DNA of 64,000 nucleotides. It comes from Macrostomum lignano. Lineage: Eukaryota. The translations under genes and the position numbers were made by a program. Shown here piece by piece: positions 48,153-64,000 of this stretch (position 1 is the first letter of the stretch; each line of letters starts with the position of its first letter). Below the pieces are notes generated by a model, which did not search any database, was not told the origin of the DNA, and saw only the letters and a program-made list of their open reading frames with translations. The stretch lies in the NCBI GenBank assembly GCA_002269645.1, contig NIVC01000441.1:124001-188000 (forward strand), read 5' to 3'.

Positions 48153-48482
48153 ATGATCCGAGTAATTTCAGAAAAGTACACTATGGACTTTGCACTAGAC
48201 AATGGGCGCCAAGTTAATAATAATCGGTGTGAGCAGTGCTCCCAGCAACTTCTGCAGTCGCTGCCCTGGCTGGAGTCGGGAGTTGACGGAAATGATGAAG
48301 ATAATAATAGAGGTCTCGGCCAGCAGCAGACTCACCTGTGCTGCCTGCGGTGCGGCCGGTGCGGCTGCTACCTGAGAGAGAAGTGCCGAGAGACCTACAG
48401 CGACAGCACCGGCCTCATTGTGTACATGCGGGATGGCCAGTTCCTATGCGAACGGTGTTACGAAGGTTCAGCTTCGTCGTAA
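48153..48482 (+). CDS. Small single-LIM-like zinc-finger protein (possibly one exon)
   Basis: Ligand pattern C-x2-C-x31-H-x2-C-x2-C-x2-C-x28-C-x2-C, ending YMRDGQFLCERCY as in LIM domains. The ORF is GC-richer than its AT-rich flanks. Confidence 0.6.
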   Translation: MIRVISEKYTMDFALDNGRQVNNNRCEQCSQQLLQSLPWLESGVDGNDEDNNRGLGQQQTHLCCLRCGRCGCYLREKCRETYSDSTGLIVYMRDGQFLCERCYEGSASS

Positions 48483-49184
48483 TCTTCTTTAAGTATGAGC
48501 TACCTCATATCATCAAATATGAATATGAGCTACTCAAGAAACGTTTTGGAAAGCAGCAAAACATTCGAAAAAAAACTTCGCTCGATACAACTTTAAGTAA
48601 ATCTATCATTTTTATTAGATGCGTCTGTTCAAGCACTGAAAATCCTACTTTCAGTAGATTGTGAAAACATTGACACTAAAGTAGCCGCCTGTGCATTATT
48701 CGCATTTTTAAGTGTCAAACAAAAGAACAGTCCAACAATTTTGTTTACTTTATTTATATGCAGCACATATGCTTGTTTTTGTGAATTAAAGTACCGTTTC
48801 ACTCTTAACAAATAATCTCGTTTTAATAACCATCGCTTAATTATTAAACTCTTAAACTTTATACATTTATTGCTACTTGTAAGTAGTCTGTGTCCAGACC
48901 ATCCACTATACTTTTGTTTCTATGGAAAGAAAGTTATGCTTTAAAACAGAATTTTTGTGTCACCAAGTTTTTATGGATTTAATAAAGCAGATATTTCAGC
49001 AGCTTTGACGATTTCTTTTCAATGTACTGCAGCTGTCACAAATTTTCAAATATTGACGTTTTCGGTGAATTGCGTGTAATTTTTGCTTACTGTACAGAAA
49101 CTGGGTTCACAATGAGCGTCACGTCAGCCCTAATTAGTTTCCATCACGTGTTATATTTATGTCGCAGTCGTGTGTCTGTCTGTC

Positions 49185-50820
49185 CATGTGTGTCTCTGGC
49201 TGTCTCTTTGTGTCTCTTGCTGTCTCTTTGTGTCTCTGGCTGTCCCTGTGTGTCTCTGGCTGTCTCTTTGTGTCTCTGGCTGTCCCTGTGTGTCTCTGGC
49301 TGTCCCTGTGTGTCTCTGGCTGTCCCTTTGTGTCTCTGGCTGTCTCTTTGTATCTCTGGCTGTCTCTTTGTGTCTCTGGCTGTCCCTGTGTGTCTCTGGC
49401 TGTCCCTGTGTGTCTCTGGCTGTCCCTTTGTGTCTCTGGCTGTCTCTTTGTATCTCTTGCTGTCTCTTTGTGTCTCTGGCTGTCTCTTTGTATCTCTGGC
49501 TGTCTCTTTGTGTCTCTGGCTGTCCCTGTGTGTCTCTGGCTGTCTCTTTGTGTCTCTGGCTGTCCCTTTGTGTCTCTGGCTGTCTCTTTGTATCTCTTGC
49601 TGTCTCTTTGTGTCTCTGGCTGTCCCTTTGTGTCTCTGGCTGTCCCTTTGTGTCTCTGGCTGTCTCTTTGTATCTCTTGCTGTCTCTTTGTGTCTCTGGC
49701 TGTCCCTTTGTGTCTCTGGCTGTCTCTTTGTATCTCTGGCTGTCTCTTTGTGTCTCTGGCTGTCCCTGTGTGTCTCTGGCTGTCTCTTTGTGTCTCTGGC
49801 TGTCCCTTTGTGTCTCTGGCTGTCTCTTTGTATCTCTTGCTGTCTCTTTGTGTCTCTGGCTGTCCCTGTGTGTCTCTGGCTGTCCCTGTGTGTCTCTGGC
49901 TGTCCCTGTGTGTCTCTGGCTGTCTCTTTGTGTCTCTGGCTGTCTCTTTGTATCTCTTGCTGTCTCTTTGTGTCTCTGGCTGTCCCTGTGTGTCTCTGGC
50001 TGTCCCTGTGTGTCTCTGGCTGTCCCTTTGTGTCTCTGGCTGTCTCTTTATATCTCTTGCTGTCTCTTTGTGTCTCTGGCTGTCCCTTTGTGTCTCTGGC
50101 TGTCTCTTTGTATCTCTTGCTGTCTCTTTGTGTCTCTGGCTGTCCCTGTGTGTCTCTGGCTGTCCCTGTGTGTCTCTGGCTGTCCCTGTGTGTCTCTGGC
50201 TGTCTCTTTGTGTCTCTGGCTGTCTCTTTGTATCTCTTGCTGTCTCTTTGTGTCTCTGGCTGTCCCTGTGTGTCTCTGGCTGTCCCTGTGTGTCTCTGGC
50301 TGTCCCTTTGTGTCTCTGGCTGTCTCTTTATATCTCTTGCTGTCTCTTTGTGTCTCTGGCTGTCCCTTTGTGTCTCTGGCTGTCTCTTTGTATCTCTTGC
50401 TGTCTCTTTGTGTCTCTGGCTGTCCCTGTGTGTCTCTGGCTGTCTCTTTGTGTCTCTGGCTGTCCCTTTGTGTCTCTGGCTGTCTCTTTGTATCTCTTGC
50501 TGTCTCTTTGTGTCTCTGGCTGTCCCTGTGTGTCTCTGGCTGTCCCTGTGTGTCTCTGGCTGTCCCTGTGTGTCTCTGGCTGTCTCTTTGTATCTCTTGC
50601 TGTCTCTTTGTGTCTCTGGCTGTCTCTGTGTGTCTCTGGCTGTCCCTGACTCCCTGTGTGTCTCTGGCTGTCCCTTGCGTGTCTCTGGCTGTCCCTGTGT
50701 CTCTGGCTGTCCCTGTGTGTCTCTGTCTGTTCCCTGTGTGTCTGGCTGTCCCCTGTGTGTCCCTGGCTGTCCCTGTGTGTCTCTGTCTGTCCCCTGTGTG
50801 TCTGGCTGTCCCTGTGTCCC
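49185..50820 (+). repeat. 20-bp minisatellite GTGTCTCTGGCTGTC(C/T)CT(G/T)T
   Basis: About 80 units; source of the spurious 500-600-aa Cys/Leu ORFs. Confidence 0.97.
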
Positions 50821-51660
50821 TAGCTGTTCGAGTAGTTATTAAACTCTATTCTATAGCCTTTGTAACTTCGTAGACAAGCAAGCATATTGGGGCAGCAGTT
50901 ATTTGATCAGCGTCGTTACGCATAGAGTTTTACGATGTGAAAAATCCGACACCAGCTACACAGCGGGACACTTCGAGTCTTTCGGACACGCGGGCCTGCA
51001 GTTTCCCGTGCCGTCGGCCCTGTTTGCCTTCCTTTCGCGTCAGTGCATTGGCTTCACCTCTGTTCGGGGGACCATTAGAGGGATTCTGATTATGTCCGAG
51101 GCGGCAAGTCGCATCCCTATGCAGTCGCTAGCTATGCAAAAATGAGAAGGAGGACTGAGGAATCTGTAAGGCCGGCGTATTAATGAGACTTATCGATCCG
51201 GAGCACTAGTCCTCAGCGTTAACCAACTGCAGCCGCCCTTTTCGTCAGCTTCCCCAGCGCCTCATCTCTCCGCGCTCTCTATTACTGGGCATTCACAAGG
51301 CCGTGCGGGCCCGTGCGTTGCTGCCTCACCCTCCCTAAGCAGCTCACTGTTGATTAAAGGGCAAGTCTAGCTCTCTCGCGCGTGCGCGAATGTCGCACGG
51401 GGGCGTGATTGTGTTTTCGCGTTTCTCCTTATTCCCCTCTGCCTCTGTCTATCTCCACTCTATTGAGTTCTCCCGTTGCCTCTCCATTTCTCAACTGTGT
51501 ATATACGTGCGTGTATACTCATTAATTTCTGCTGACTTCTGTTCCCTTGACTGCTAGCAGCTTTTATTACTCAGCACTGTCTAATGCGCCACTTTGTCCG
51601 CCGTTGGTTTGTTTGTCTGGCTTCCTGACTTGCTTTATTAACAATTTGCAAAGATTTCGC

Positions 51661-56065
<4,405 letters not shown>

Positions 56066-56189
56066 ATTGGGACACCTTGTTTGGGTCTGGCTAATAATTA
56101 CTGACTGATATTTTATCATTCATCGTATTTTGGCTGTCTAAAACCCGCTGTCTAAATCCAAACTCGCTTCTGTATTCAATAAAAACTCC

Positions 56190-56460
56190 TGCACCCACCT
56201 CACTTCTGCACCCAACTTACTCCAGCACCCACCTCACTCCAGCACCCACCTCACTCCAGCACCCACTTCACTCTAGCAACCACCTCCAGCACCCACCTCA
56301 CTCCAGCACCCACCTCACTCCAGCACCCACTTCACTCTAGCAACCACCTCCAGCACCCACCTCACTCCAGCACCCACCTCACTCCAGCACCCACCTGACT
56401 CCAGCACCCACCTCACTCCAGCACCCACCTCACTCCTGTACACACCTCACTCAAACACCC
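56190..56460 (+). repeat. 17-bp minisatellite CACCCACCTCACTCCAG just 3' of TMEM196
   Basis: About 15 units; related to the 16-bp family. Confidence 0.9.
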
Positions 56461-57284
56461 ACACAGTCACTCATCTACTCACCCCCCCTCCTCAATCCAG
56501 TTCACTCCCAAATCCCTAGAGCGCAGACTGCACATGCCATGTCTGACTACATGTCTAGCAACTGACTATTCGTACGTGTAATTAAATTAGTAACCAACGA
56601 CCCAACTTGCTCTACCAATGACTCCTCAATCCACTCCGATGGCTGTTCAACTTGTACGAAGTAATTTCTCGGACAGCAAAACTTTGTAGAAGTTCGATGT
56701 CCGACGAAAACGTGTGCACGCCCTAGTCTATGTTTTAGGCTTTGGTTAATGTGCTGTCAAATTTTGTTTTGTGCTTCTTTTAGATACTTTGAAAACATCG
56801 TAAGTTTACAAAAACGCAAAGATGTACTTTTCATAATTAATACTTTAATATTTAAGAATAAACGTTATTAATATCTAATTGAGAACCGCTGAATTCGCGG
56901 TACCACGCAGTTTACTCAAAGCCAAGTCAGTAATCCGAGTTCTCACGAACAGATTAAGATTAGCATAACCAGCCTTGCATGGCAGCACTAGCTTTCATTG
57001 GCTTCGGGTGTGCATATACGAAACAGAATCGCCTGACCTGCAGAGTCTGGGGCGGAGCCCCGATATTCACTGGATTGGAAAGATTTTTTACAGCGGCTTC
57101 TTCGCTTCTTCGCAGCATCCACGATTCTAGTCAGGGGTATTTCGCGAAGGTGATTAATCAAATTCTGGTGAACGTAAAATATATTGGACAGGGCGATAAT
57201 GTGGACGCTCCGCTCGGAGTAGGGAGAAAAAGGCGAATAAACAAATAGGGTATAAATAGTGCAGTTCAGTAGAAAGACAGGCAG

Positions 57285-57291
57285 GTAGGCG

Positions 57292-57379
<88 letters not shown>

Positions 57380-57418
57380 GGCACTAAGACACTAAGACAG
57401 ACAGACAGACAGACAGGC

Positions 57419-57475
<57 letters not shown>

Positions 57476-58725
57476 CTAAGACACTAAGACACTAAGACAC
57501 TAAGATAGACAGACACTAAGATAGACAGACACTAAGATAGACAGACACTAAGATAGACAGACACTAAGATAGACAGACACTAAGATAGACAGGCACTAAG
57601 ACACTAAGACACTAAGATAGACAGACACTAAGATAGACAGGCACTAAGACACTAAGATAGACAGACACTAAGATAGACAGACACTAAGACAGACAGACAG
57701 ATACTAAGACAGACAGACAGACACTAAGATAGACAGACACTAAGACACTAAGATAGACAGACACTAAGACAGACAGACAGACAGACAGACAGACACTAAG
57801 ATAGACAGACACTAAGATAGACAGACACTAAGATAGACAGACACTAAGATAGACAGACACTAAGACACTAAGATAGACAGACACTAAGATAGACAGACAC
57901 TAAGACACTAAGATAGACAGACACTAAGATAGACAGATACTAAGATAGACAGACACTAAGACACTAAGATAGACAGACACTAAGATAGACAGACACTAAG
58001 ATAGACAGACACTAAGATAGACAGACACTAAGACAGACAGACAGATACTAAGACAGACAGACAGACACTAAGATAGACAGACACTAAGACACTAAGATAG
58101 ACAGACACTAAGATAGACAGACACTAAGATAGACAGACACTAAGACAGACAGACAGATACTAAGACAGACAGACAGACACTAAGACACTAAGATAGACAG
58201 ACACTAAGATAGACAGACACTAAGACAGACAGACAGATACTAAGACAGACAGACAGACACTAAGATAGACAGACACTAAGACACTAAGATAGACAGACAC
58301 TAAGATAGACAGACACTAAGATAGACAGACACTAAGACAGACAGACAGATACTAAGACAGACAGACAGACACTAAGATAGACAGACACTAAGACAGACAG
58401 ACACTAAGATAGACAGACACTAAGACAGACAGACAGACACTAAGACAGACAGACAGACACTAAGATAGACAGACACTAAGACACTAAGATAGACAGACAC
58501 TAAGACAGACAGACAGACAGACAGACAGACACTAAGATAGACACTAAGACAGACAGACAGACACTAAGACAGACAGACAGACACTAAGACAGACAGACAG
58601 ACACTAAGATAGACAGACACTAAGACACTAAGATAGACAGACACTAAGACAGACAGACACTAAGACAGACAGACAGACACTAAGACAGACAGACAGACAC
58701 TAAGACAGACAGACAGACAGACAAT
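57285..58725 (+). repeat. (GACA)n grading into GACACTAA / AGACACTAAGATAGAC composite repeats
   Basis: Pure GACA at both ends with 8- and 16-bp derived units in the middle. Confidence 0.95.
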
Positions 58726-59598
58726 CAACATCCGTTCAGGGGAGTGTAGGGCATCCGTTGCCAATAATCCAACAATGCAACAGTCCGTTTCAAATGCACC
58801 AATGCTGACGGTGCGGATCCTGAGACACTTTGTGGTTGGATCCGCAGATGCATGAATGAACTGTTATCGCTGCATGTACAGCGTAGGGCTTACGCTCGTA
58901 ATCAAGCCTAAAGAAGGTTTAAAAAACGGTGAGGATAGAATTTGCCACATTTTAAACATTCCCAATGATTGATTTACGAGCTACTACTATTCATTCTGGT
59001 GTATACTGTGGTAAATTGGTGCCTGCTCTTTCCAGCAGGTTTGGCAAGTGCTGACGCCCCTGCAGGTTGCTTTCTCCCTTAAATGAAAAGCTGAGATAGC
59101 GACCATTCGAGTTGATGCGTCCGCGTGCCTCAGCACCGGCACTACAATTTTAAACTCAGCTGAGGCCTCCAAAGCTGAAAGTGCAATCCACCTCCCCTGA
59201 TGCAGTTGCTGCTAAATGAAATAAATGCTTGATACATGAAGCATAACGACCCCCTTCCCCTCCTAGTTGCAAGCTCCCCACTCCCACGGGATTTTGGCGG
59301 CTTGGTCTCTCCTGCCGCAGCAGAGGAGAGAAGGCTAAGAGGGATGCTGCAAAGCCATTAACTGTATGACAGCCAACCCTCAGTCCATCTCTTCATTGTC
59401 GTCCCCTGTTGATAAATAATTTAACTCTTTTATTTTATTGTTTGAAGCTTTTAAATCGCTCGATAGATTTTCCGTCACGCATCCACCCAGGTGCGAATCA
59501 GCCTGAGCTGCTGTTGTGATTGTTACTATAGCGATACAGCATTTTAAGCCCATCAAATACTCAGCATTTTCAAACGGAAAACCAATTTTCAAATCAAG

Positions 59599-60612
59599 AG
59601 AATCATCGCTCTCCACCGGTTGCTGCTTGCCTTTGTTGCGTCTGTTCTGCTCTGCATCTCTACCGCTGGCACCAACTCTGGAACTCGCTACCCGGTAATC
59701 CAAAGCATCTGCCTCAACAAGTCCTTGTCAGACTGGACCCTCCCCAGCCCGGCCGTCTCCATTCTGCAGTGCGTCTTTCTGAGTCGCCAGCAAACTCTGC
59801 CAGGCATAGCGGTGGCCCAATGGAACTCGCGAACTGCCACCTGTTTGCTGTTTCTCTTCAGCCGAGTCTGCCACCTGCTCAACCTGAGCAGCCCCGCTGG
59901 CGGGCCATCGGACGAGACCAACTCGTGCGAGCTCGTGGTGGACTCCGAGCTTGACGTGCTCACCGCCAATCGACACTTTGCGGCCGTGTGGCTCGGAGGC
60001 AGAGGCGAGCAGCTCGAGAACCTCGTGTGCAGCGATGGCGGACAGAAGAACGTGATCGAGCACACCGGAGTGACTTGGACTGACGAGGGCGCCAAGATGG
60101 ACGGCCTGACATCCAGGATGTGGGTAAGCGACACCAGCGGATTCAACTTCAGCAACAGCTTCACGTTTCTGATGGAGCTGAAGAGGCAGCCGAGTTCGAA
60201 CGCGTTCATCGATCTCACAGACTGCAGCTCTTACAATCAAGTCTGGCTCCACTTATGGGAATGGGACCTGCTCGATTCGACTCGCAAGCTCTACATTCAA
60301 ACCGGACACCGGAACTTGATCTCCACTAACCAGGTGCTCCCAATTCGAAGTGACCAGTTCGTCCGAGTCGGCGCCACGTTCGATATTTCGATGATCATGA
60401 ACAGGACCCGACTGTTCGTTGACGGGTCTTTCATTCCCGACAGCCAAGTGTCTCTCTACAACTTCAACCATCCCAAAATCGACAACTTCTGCATGAAGAT
60501 CGGCTGGCGCGCTCTGACTGGCTCCTACTCCAAAATAAACGGCACCGTGAAGATGCTGGCCGTGTCCAACTTCTACCTGACCGCCGACGTCATCAACCGG
60601 CTGTTCAACTGA
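59599..60612 (+). CDS. Secreted protein: signal peptide, PAN/apple-like Cys module, concanavalin/LamG-like domain; start codon not in the genomic frame
   Basis: Open frame of ~1 kb with a hydrophobic N-terminus (RIIALHRLLLAFVASVLLCISTAG), SILQCVFLS...WNSRTATCLLF (PAN-like) and FTFLMELK...FVRVGATFD...RLFVDG...KIG...INGTVKMLAVSNFYLTADVINRLFN (Laminin_G_3-like). There is an in-frame TAA at 59545 and no ATG before the signal peptide. Confidence 0.7.
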   Translation, partial: RIIALHRLLLAFVASVLLCISTAGTNSGTRYPVIQSICLNKSLSDWTLPSPAVSILQCVFLSRQQTLPGIAVAQWNSRTATCLLFLFSRVCHLLNLSSPAGGPSDETNSCELVVDSELDVLTANRHFAAVWLGGRGEQLENLVCSDGGQKNVIEHTGVTWTDEGAKMDGLTSRMWVSDTSGFNFSNSFTFLMELKRQPSSNAFIDLTDCSSYNQVWLHLWEWDLLDSTRKLYIQTGHRNLISTNQVLPIRSDQFVRVGATFDISMIMNRTRLFVDGSFIPDSQVSLYNFNHPKIDNFCMKIGWRALTGSYSKINGTVKMLAVSNFYLTADVINRLFN

Positions 60613-61914
60613 GTGCTCGAGCAGTTTTTCAGACAAGGATGTTGCGAAGTGAAATGGAGTTAGCGATAAAATTTTATCGCGAGATTGCCCAGTTGTTTAG
60701 CTATCAATTGACAATTAATAATCAATTTTTAAGGCTGATGACGAGAGTATGTGCGTTCAAAATACGAAGCTTTTGTTTCGATTTAGCAGTTGATCCGGGA
60801 CATGGAACCGGGATGAAACTCGAATTTTGAGAGAGCTATTTCTCTAAAAATCAATGAAACGATAAAATAATCCCTGCTGAAGCAAAACAGCTGATCCCCA
60901 AAGAGATATCTTGATCGGTCCCTGTGACCCTCAGACCAAAATGATTGCACAGTTGAATTGCTTTAGCAGTCAATTATTTTAGACCTATCCGGAGTGCCTA
61001 AGGTCCCAGGCTTTGAGTAGAAATGACGGATTAGAGAATGTGTGCCTGCATTGTGTCTGGGTCTTGTTATATAACTCCCGAAAAAGGCATATCTCATCTC
61101 TCACGGAACAAAACTATGAATAAAAGCAGCAAACAGTAAGTTATCGCTGTAGTTTCATGTGTCTTACTTTTCCTCCACTACTATAAAGAACTCTCTCACT
61201 CGATAGCCTGTACTTTTATAAATAAGCAAGATTGCTTCACTTATAACTGATAAACTTTCTCAGTCAATATTTGTCTATTTTTTCTCTCTTAATTCTCAAC
61301 CAAAATTTGTTTATTTGACTCTCTTTTTAAAGAGCTCTTTATTAGCTCGAATGCGGTATCGTGTGTTAGATTAGTTGAACAGCTACTGTATTGGATACAT
61401 TTTATTGATTATTTTCTTCGTGAATTTTTATTGTACTCGTGTCTACTATCAGTAGAGCATAAAATAAATTTTCACTATAGTTTATGCTGGCTATTTTGTT
61501 GTATTTTAATTTATCAATTCGTCGGTTTTTTATATTCGCTATTTCGTGCCGGTCTAGCCAAGCACATATAAATATAAATACACTGGAGAGGTCTATACAT
61601 GTACTCGTAGCTCACTACTGACTATAGTGTTGACTAATAATTACTTAGTAACTGCAGTAACCAGCAGTGTAACCACACCACAATGAAAAAAATGCAAGAA
61701 AACTAAAACAGAATTTGTCAGCAAACAACACACGAATAAATCTCACTCTGCTGGCTCGACAGACTGACTGCAAGGTGCCCTGAGCAATCTTAGTATGTGT
61801 TTATTTAAATCCGTTTTATTGTCTGCCTCCAAAACTTGAAAAAATGACTTTGTACTCATATTTGCCGCTTTGACTTAAAATTAGTATATGGGATTTGCAG
61901 GAAATGCATTTGCC

Positions 61915-61943
61915 CAGACTGACAGACACTAAAACAGACACTA

Positions 61944-61992
<49 letters not shown>

Positions 61993-62110
61993 ATCACACA
62001 GACAGGCAGACAGACAGGCAGACAGACAGACAGACAGACAGAGAGACAATCACACAGACAGACAATCACACAGACAAACAGACAGACACAAACGATCGTA
62101 AACAGACAGA
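61915..62110 (+). repeat. Degenerate (GACA)n microsatellite
   Basis: Interrupted GACA run. Confidence 0.9.
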
Positions 62111-62414
62111 CATTACTTATAGCCAGCAGCAGTTTGCAACTGAGAAAGTCCGGAAGCTCCATTGCATGCTTCCCTGAATAAGTTGCACACTCATTTCCCG
62201 CTTTCATATCAGGTAATATTAAAAGCCTCTTTCAAGAATTTTTTTGACTTCTGAATCCCATTTCGAAGTCGCAATCCGAAAGAAAAACTTCTCCATGCTG
62301 TGCTGGGTTGAGTTACTTGAATTATTACGAATTTCCTGGCTTTAAAGTTAACCTGTTGAAACGCAAAAATCGACAGGAAATTAAAATTATTAGCCTTGAT
62401 AAAGTTGAAGGCAG

Positions 62415-62530
62415 TGTCGATGGACTCAATGGCAGCGTCGGTGGAGTCAATGGCAGTGTCGGTGGAGTCAATGGCAGCGTCGGTGGAGTCAATGGCAGTG
62501 TCGGTGAAGTCAATGGCAGCGTCGGTGAAG
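62415..62530 (+). repeat. 24-bp minisatellite CAATGGCAG(C/T)GTCGGTG(G/A)AGT
   Basis: About 5 units. Confidence 0.85.
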
Positions 62531-62859
62531 TCTGGGACAGACAGACAGTCTGGCAAGTCTGAGACAGTCACTTCATGTCTGAGTTGTATTGTCATTAAAA
62601 ATAAAACGAAACTCTTCACCCGCTACTTGTGAGTAGGAAGACAGTACTTGAACGAAAAAAGAAAGAAATAACAAAACAAAATAATCAGTTTGAAGTTTTT
62701 TGTCTCCAAAGACAGGCCGCGCAGATCCAGAGGCCCAGATAGAAGGGTTTCATTGAATTTTTTATTCAGCAGCCATCAAAATGATTGAACAGCGCGCACC
62801 AAACACCAACCAGGCCGATTATAATCAAACGAACGGTCTCTCTTGTATCAATTTGACAA

Positions 62860-63883
62860 TTAGTTGGTGAATCCGCGCGAAGCCCGGCGGCCGCGGGCCT
62901 TCTCAAATTTGCGACCCTTGGACCGGACCACCGGCTTAGTGTGCGAGTGCGGCACTCCCGGCGGCCGGCCGAAATGCCGCTGGGCGGCCCGCTTCCTCGT
63001 GCCCTGCACCAGCAGCGTGTTCTGGCCTTTGGGGGCCCGTCTGGCCAGCTCGTCGAAGGTGATGATCTCGCCGCCGGCAGCTAGCAGCCGGGCGCGGGCC
63101 TTCTCGGTTACGCGGAGCGCGCACAGGGTCACCTGGATTGGGCGGAGAGGAGGCCGGGAGAGTGCAGCGTAAGTGCAGTCTGTAATTTATGCTGCTCTAA
63201 TTAATGCGCCAGAGGCCCAGGCTCGTGCAATTAACGCCTTTGAAGCCCAGTGAAGTGTACATGCCTTTGAACAAAGTTTTCTTGAGCCAAGACACTCAAA
63301 TCTACACTGCTTCAGTTCACCCAGCTGTAAAATGTGTGCCAGCATTAGCTGGGGTAATTGAGGGTGTGTGGCGACCCCACCAGTGCTTGGACTGAACAGC
63401 CGTACGCAGCTTTAGCTGCGGCTGAGCTGTCAGGGACACAACTGGCCCAGTTGGGGCAGGTGTAATCAATATTAATTATTATAAATGCGAAATGCGATTC
63501 AAATTCAGTATTCCGTTATTTGTTGCCTCCCCAACAGGGGGTGCGGCAAACATTACTAGTATAAGCACTGAAGTTAAACAAACAACACAAACCTTCGGCA
63601 CTGTCTGCACCCGGGAATCGTTAGTAACTGTGCCAACTGTGACAACAATGCGACCCTCCCGATTCGGCTTGCGCAGCATGCGGCCAAGGCGGGCCAGAGA
63701 CAGGGGGCCGCGATTGGCCCGGCTCATGAACAGGCGGCGCAGGATGATTTTGTTAAACTTGGCGCCAGTCCGGCGGGCCAGAAAACGGTAGAGTTTCACC
63801 AGCAGGCGCAGATAGACGTCGTCGGATTTTGGATTGGTGCGGCGCACCTTGCGGTCATTCTTGTGGCAGATGTCGACGCCCAT
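62860..63883 (-). CDS. RPL18: 60S ribosomal protein L18 (eL18), 187 aa
   Basis: Exons 63883-63593 and 63132-62860, phase 0. [39 protein letters not shown]... and [26 protein letters not shown] are unmistakable eL18. Confidence 0.98.
63171..63266 (+). mobile_element. SINE family B internal fragment fused upstream of the family A CORE
   Basis: AAGTGCAGTC...CAATTAACG...CAGTGAAGTGTACATGCCT matches ~37362-37475. Confidence 0.6.
63278..63478 (+). mobile_element. CORE-SINE family A, 5'-truncated copy in the RPL18 intron (antisense to the gene)
   Basis: CORE plus 3' body ending GGGCAGGTGTAATCAAT, as at 4190-4207. Confidence 0.8.
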
Positions 63884-64000
63884 GGCATCAAAATTGGGTA
63901 ATTTAGATCTAATGCACTGATGCTAGTCAAGGACCACTGTAATATAGCAGGACATAAGGCTCAAAGATTAAGTTTTTGGAGGCCAATTTCCTGGCAAAAA

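Noticed and set aside
49022-50873. 496-606-aa Cys/Leu-rich ORFs
   Set aside because: A 20-bp tandem repeat open in three frames; no unique coding sequence.
58808-58848. Hairpin TGCGGATCC...GGATCCGCA as a miRNA or terminator
   Set aside because: Only a 9-bp stem with a long loop; too short for a pre-miRNA and not meaningful as a terminator in a eukaryote.
60730-60780. Hammerhead ribozyme core (CTGATGA...)
   Set aside because: No properly placed GAAA and no stems I or III.
63133-63592. Intronic snoRNA in RPL18
   Set aside because: No C-box/D-box pair seen on the minus strand; the intron is mostly SINE sequence.

Overview
Eukaryotic (metazoan) genomic DNA. GC-rich, poly-Ala/Gly/Gln-rich exons and introns filled with private minisatellites suggest the flatworm Macrostomum (inference from sequence style only). 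Nine protein-coding loci can be read; seven were assembled by hand from phase-consistent GT-AG exons and two are single ORFs. They are: the 3' half of a CDKL2/3-like kinase (+); an ~900-aa Ebony-like NRPS homologue whose adenylation and thiolation catalytic motifs look destroyed (-); an ERR/NR3B-like nuclear receptor (-); a CD2AP/CIN85-like adaptor with two SH3 domains (+); a TCP11-like gene (+); a small atypical LIM ORF (+); TMEM196 (+); a secreted PAN-like/LamG-like protein with no genomic in-frame ATG (+); and RPL18 (-). A ~12-kb AT-rich, largely CpG-depleted transposon graveyard (23-35.6 kb) holds a deleted mariner, a hAT-type MITE with an 8-bp TSD, two inverted 262-bp MITEs with 3-bp TSDs and a decayed CG-1-like relic. 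Two tRNA-derived SINE families (one CORE-type, one poly(A)-tailed with a 15-bp TSD) and about 30 tandem-repeat arrays are scattered throughout. Most long ORFs in the supplied track are repeat artefacts. No CRISPR array, rRNA or intact tRNA is seen. All family assignments come from recalled motifs, not database searches. The top leads are the pseudo-NRPS, the possible spliced-leader-donated start codon and the hypermutated domain.
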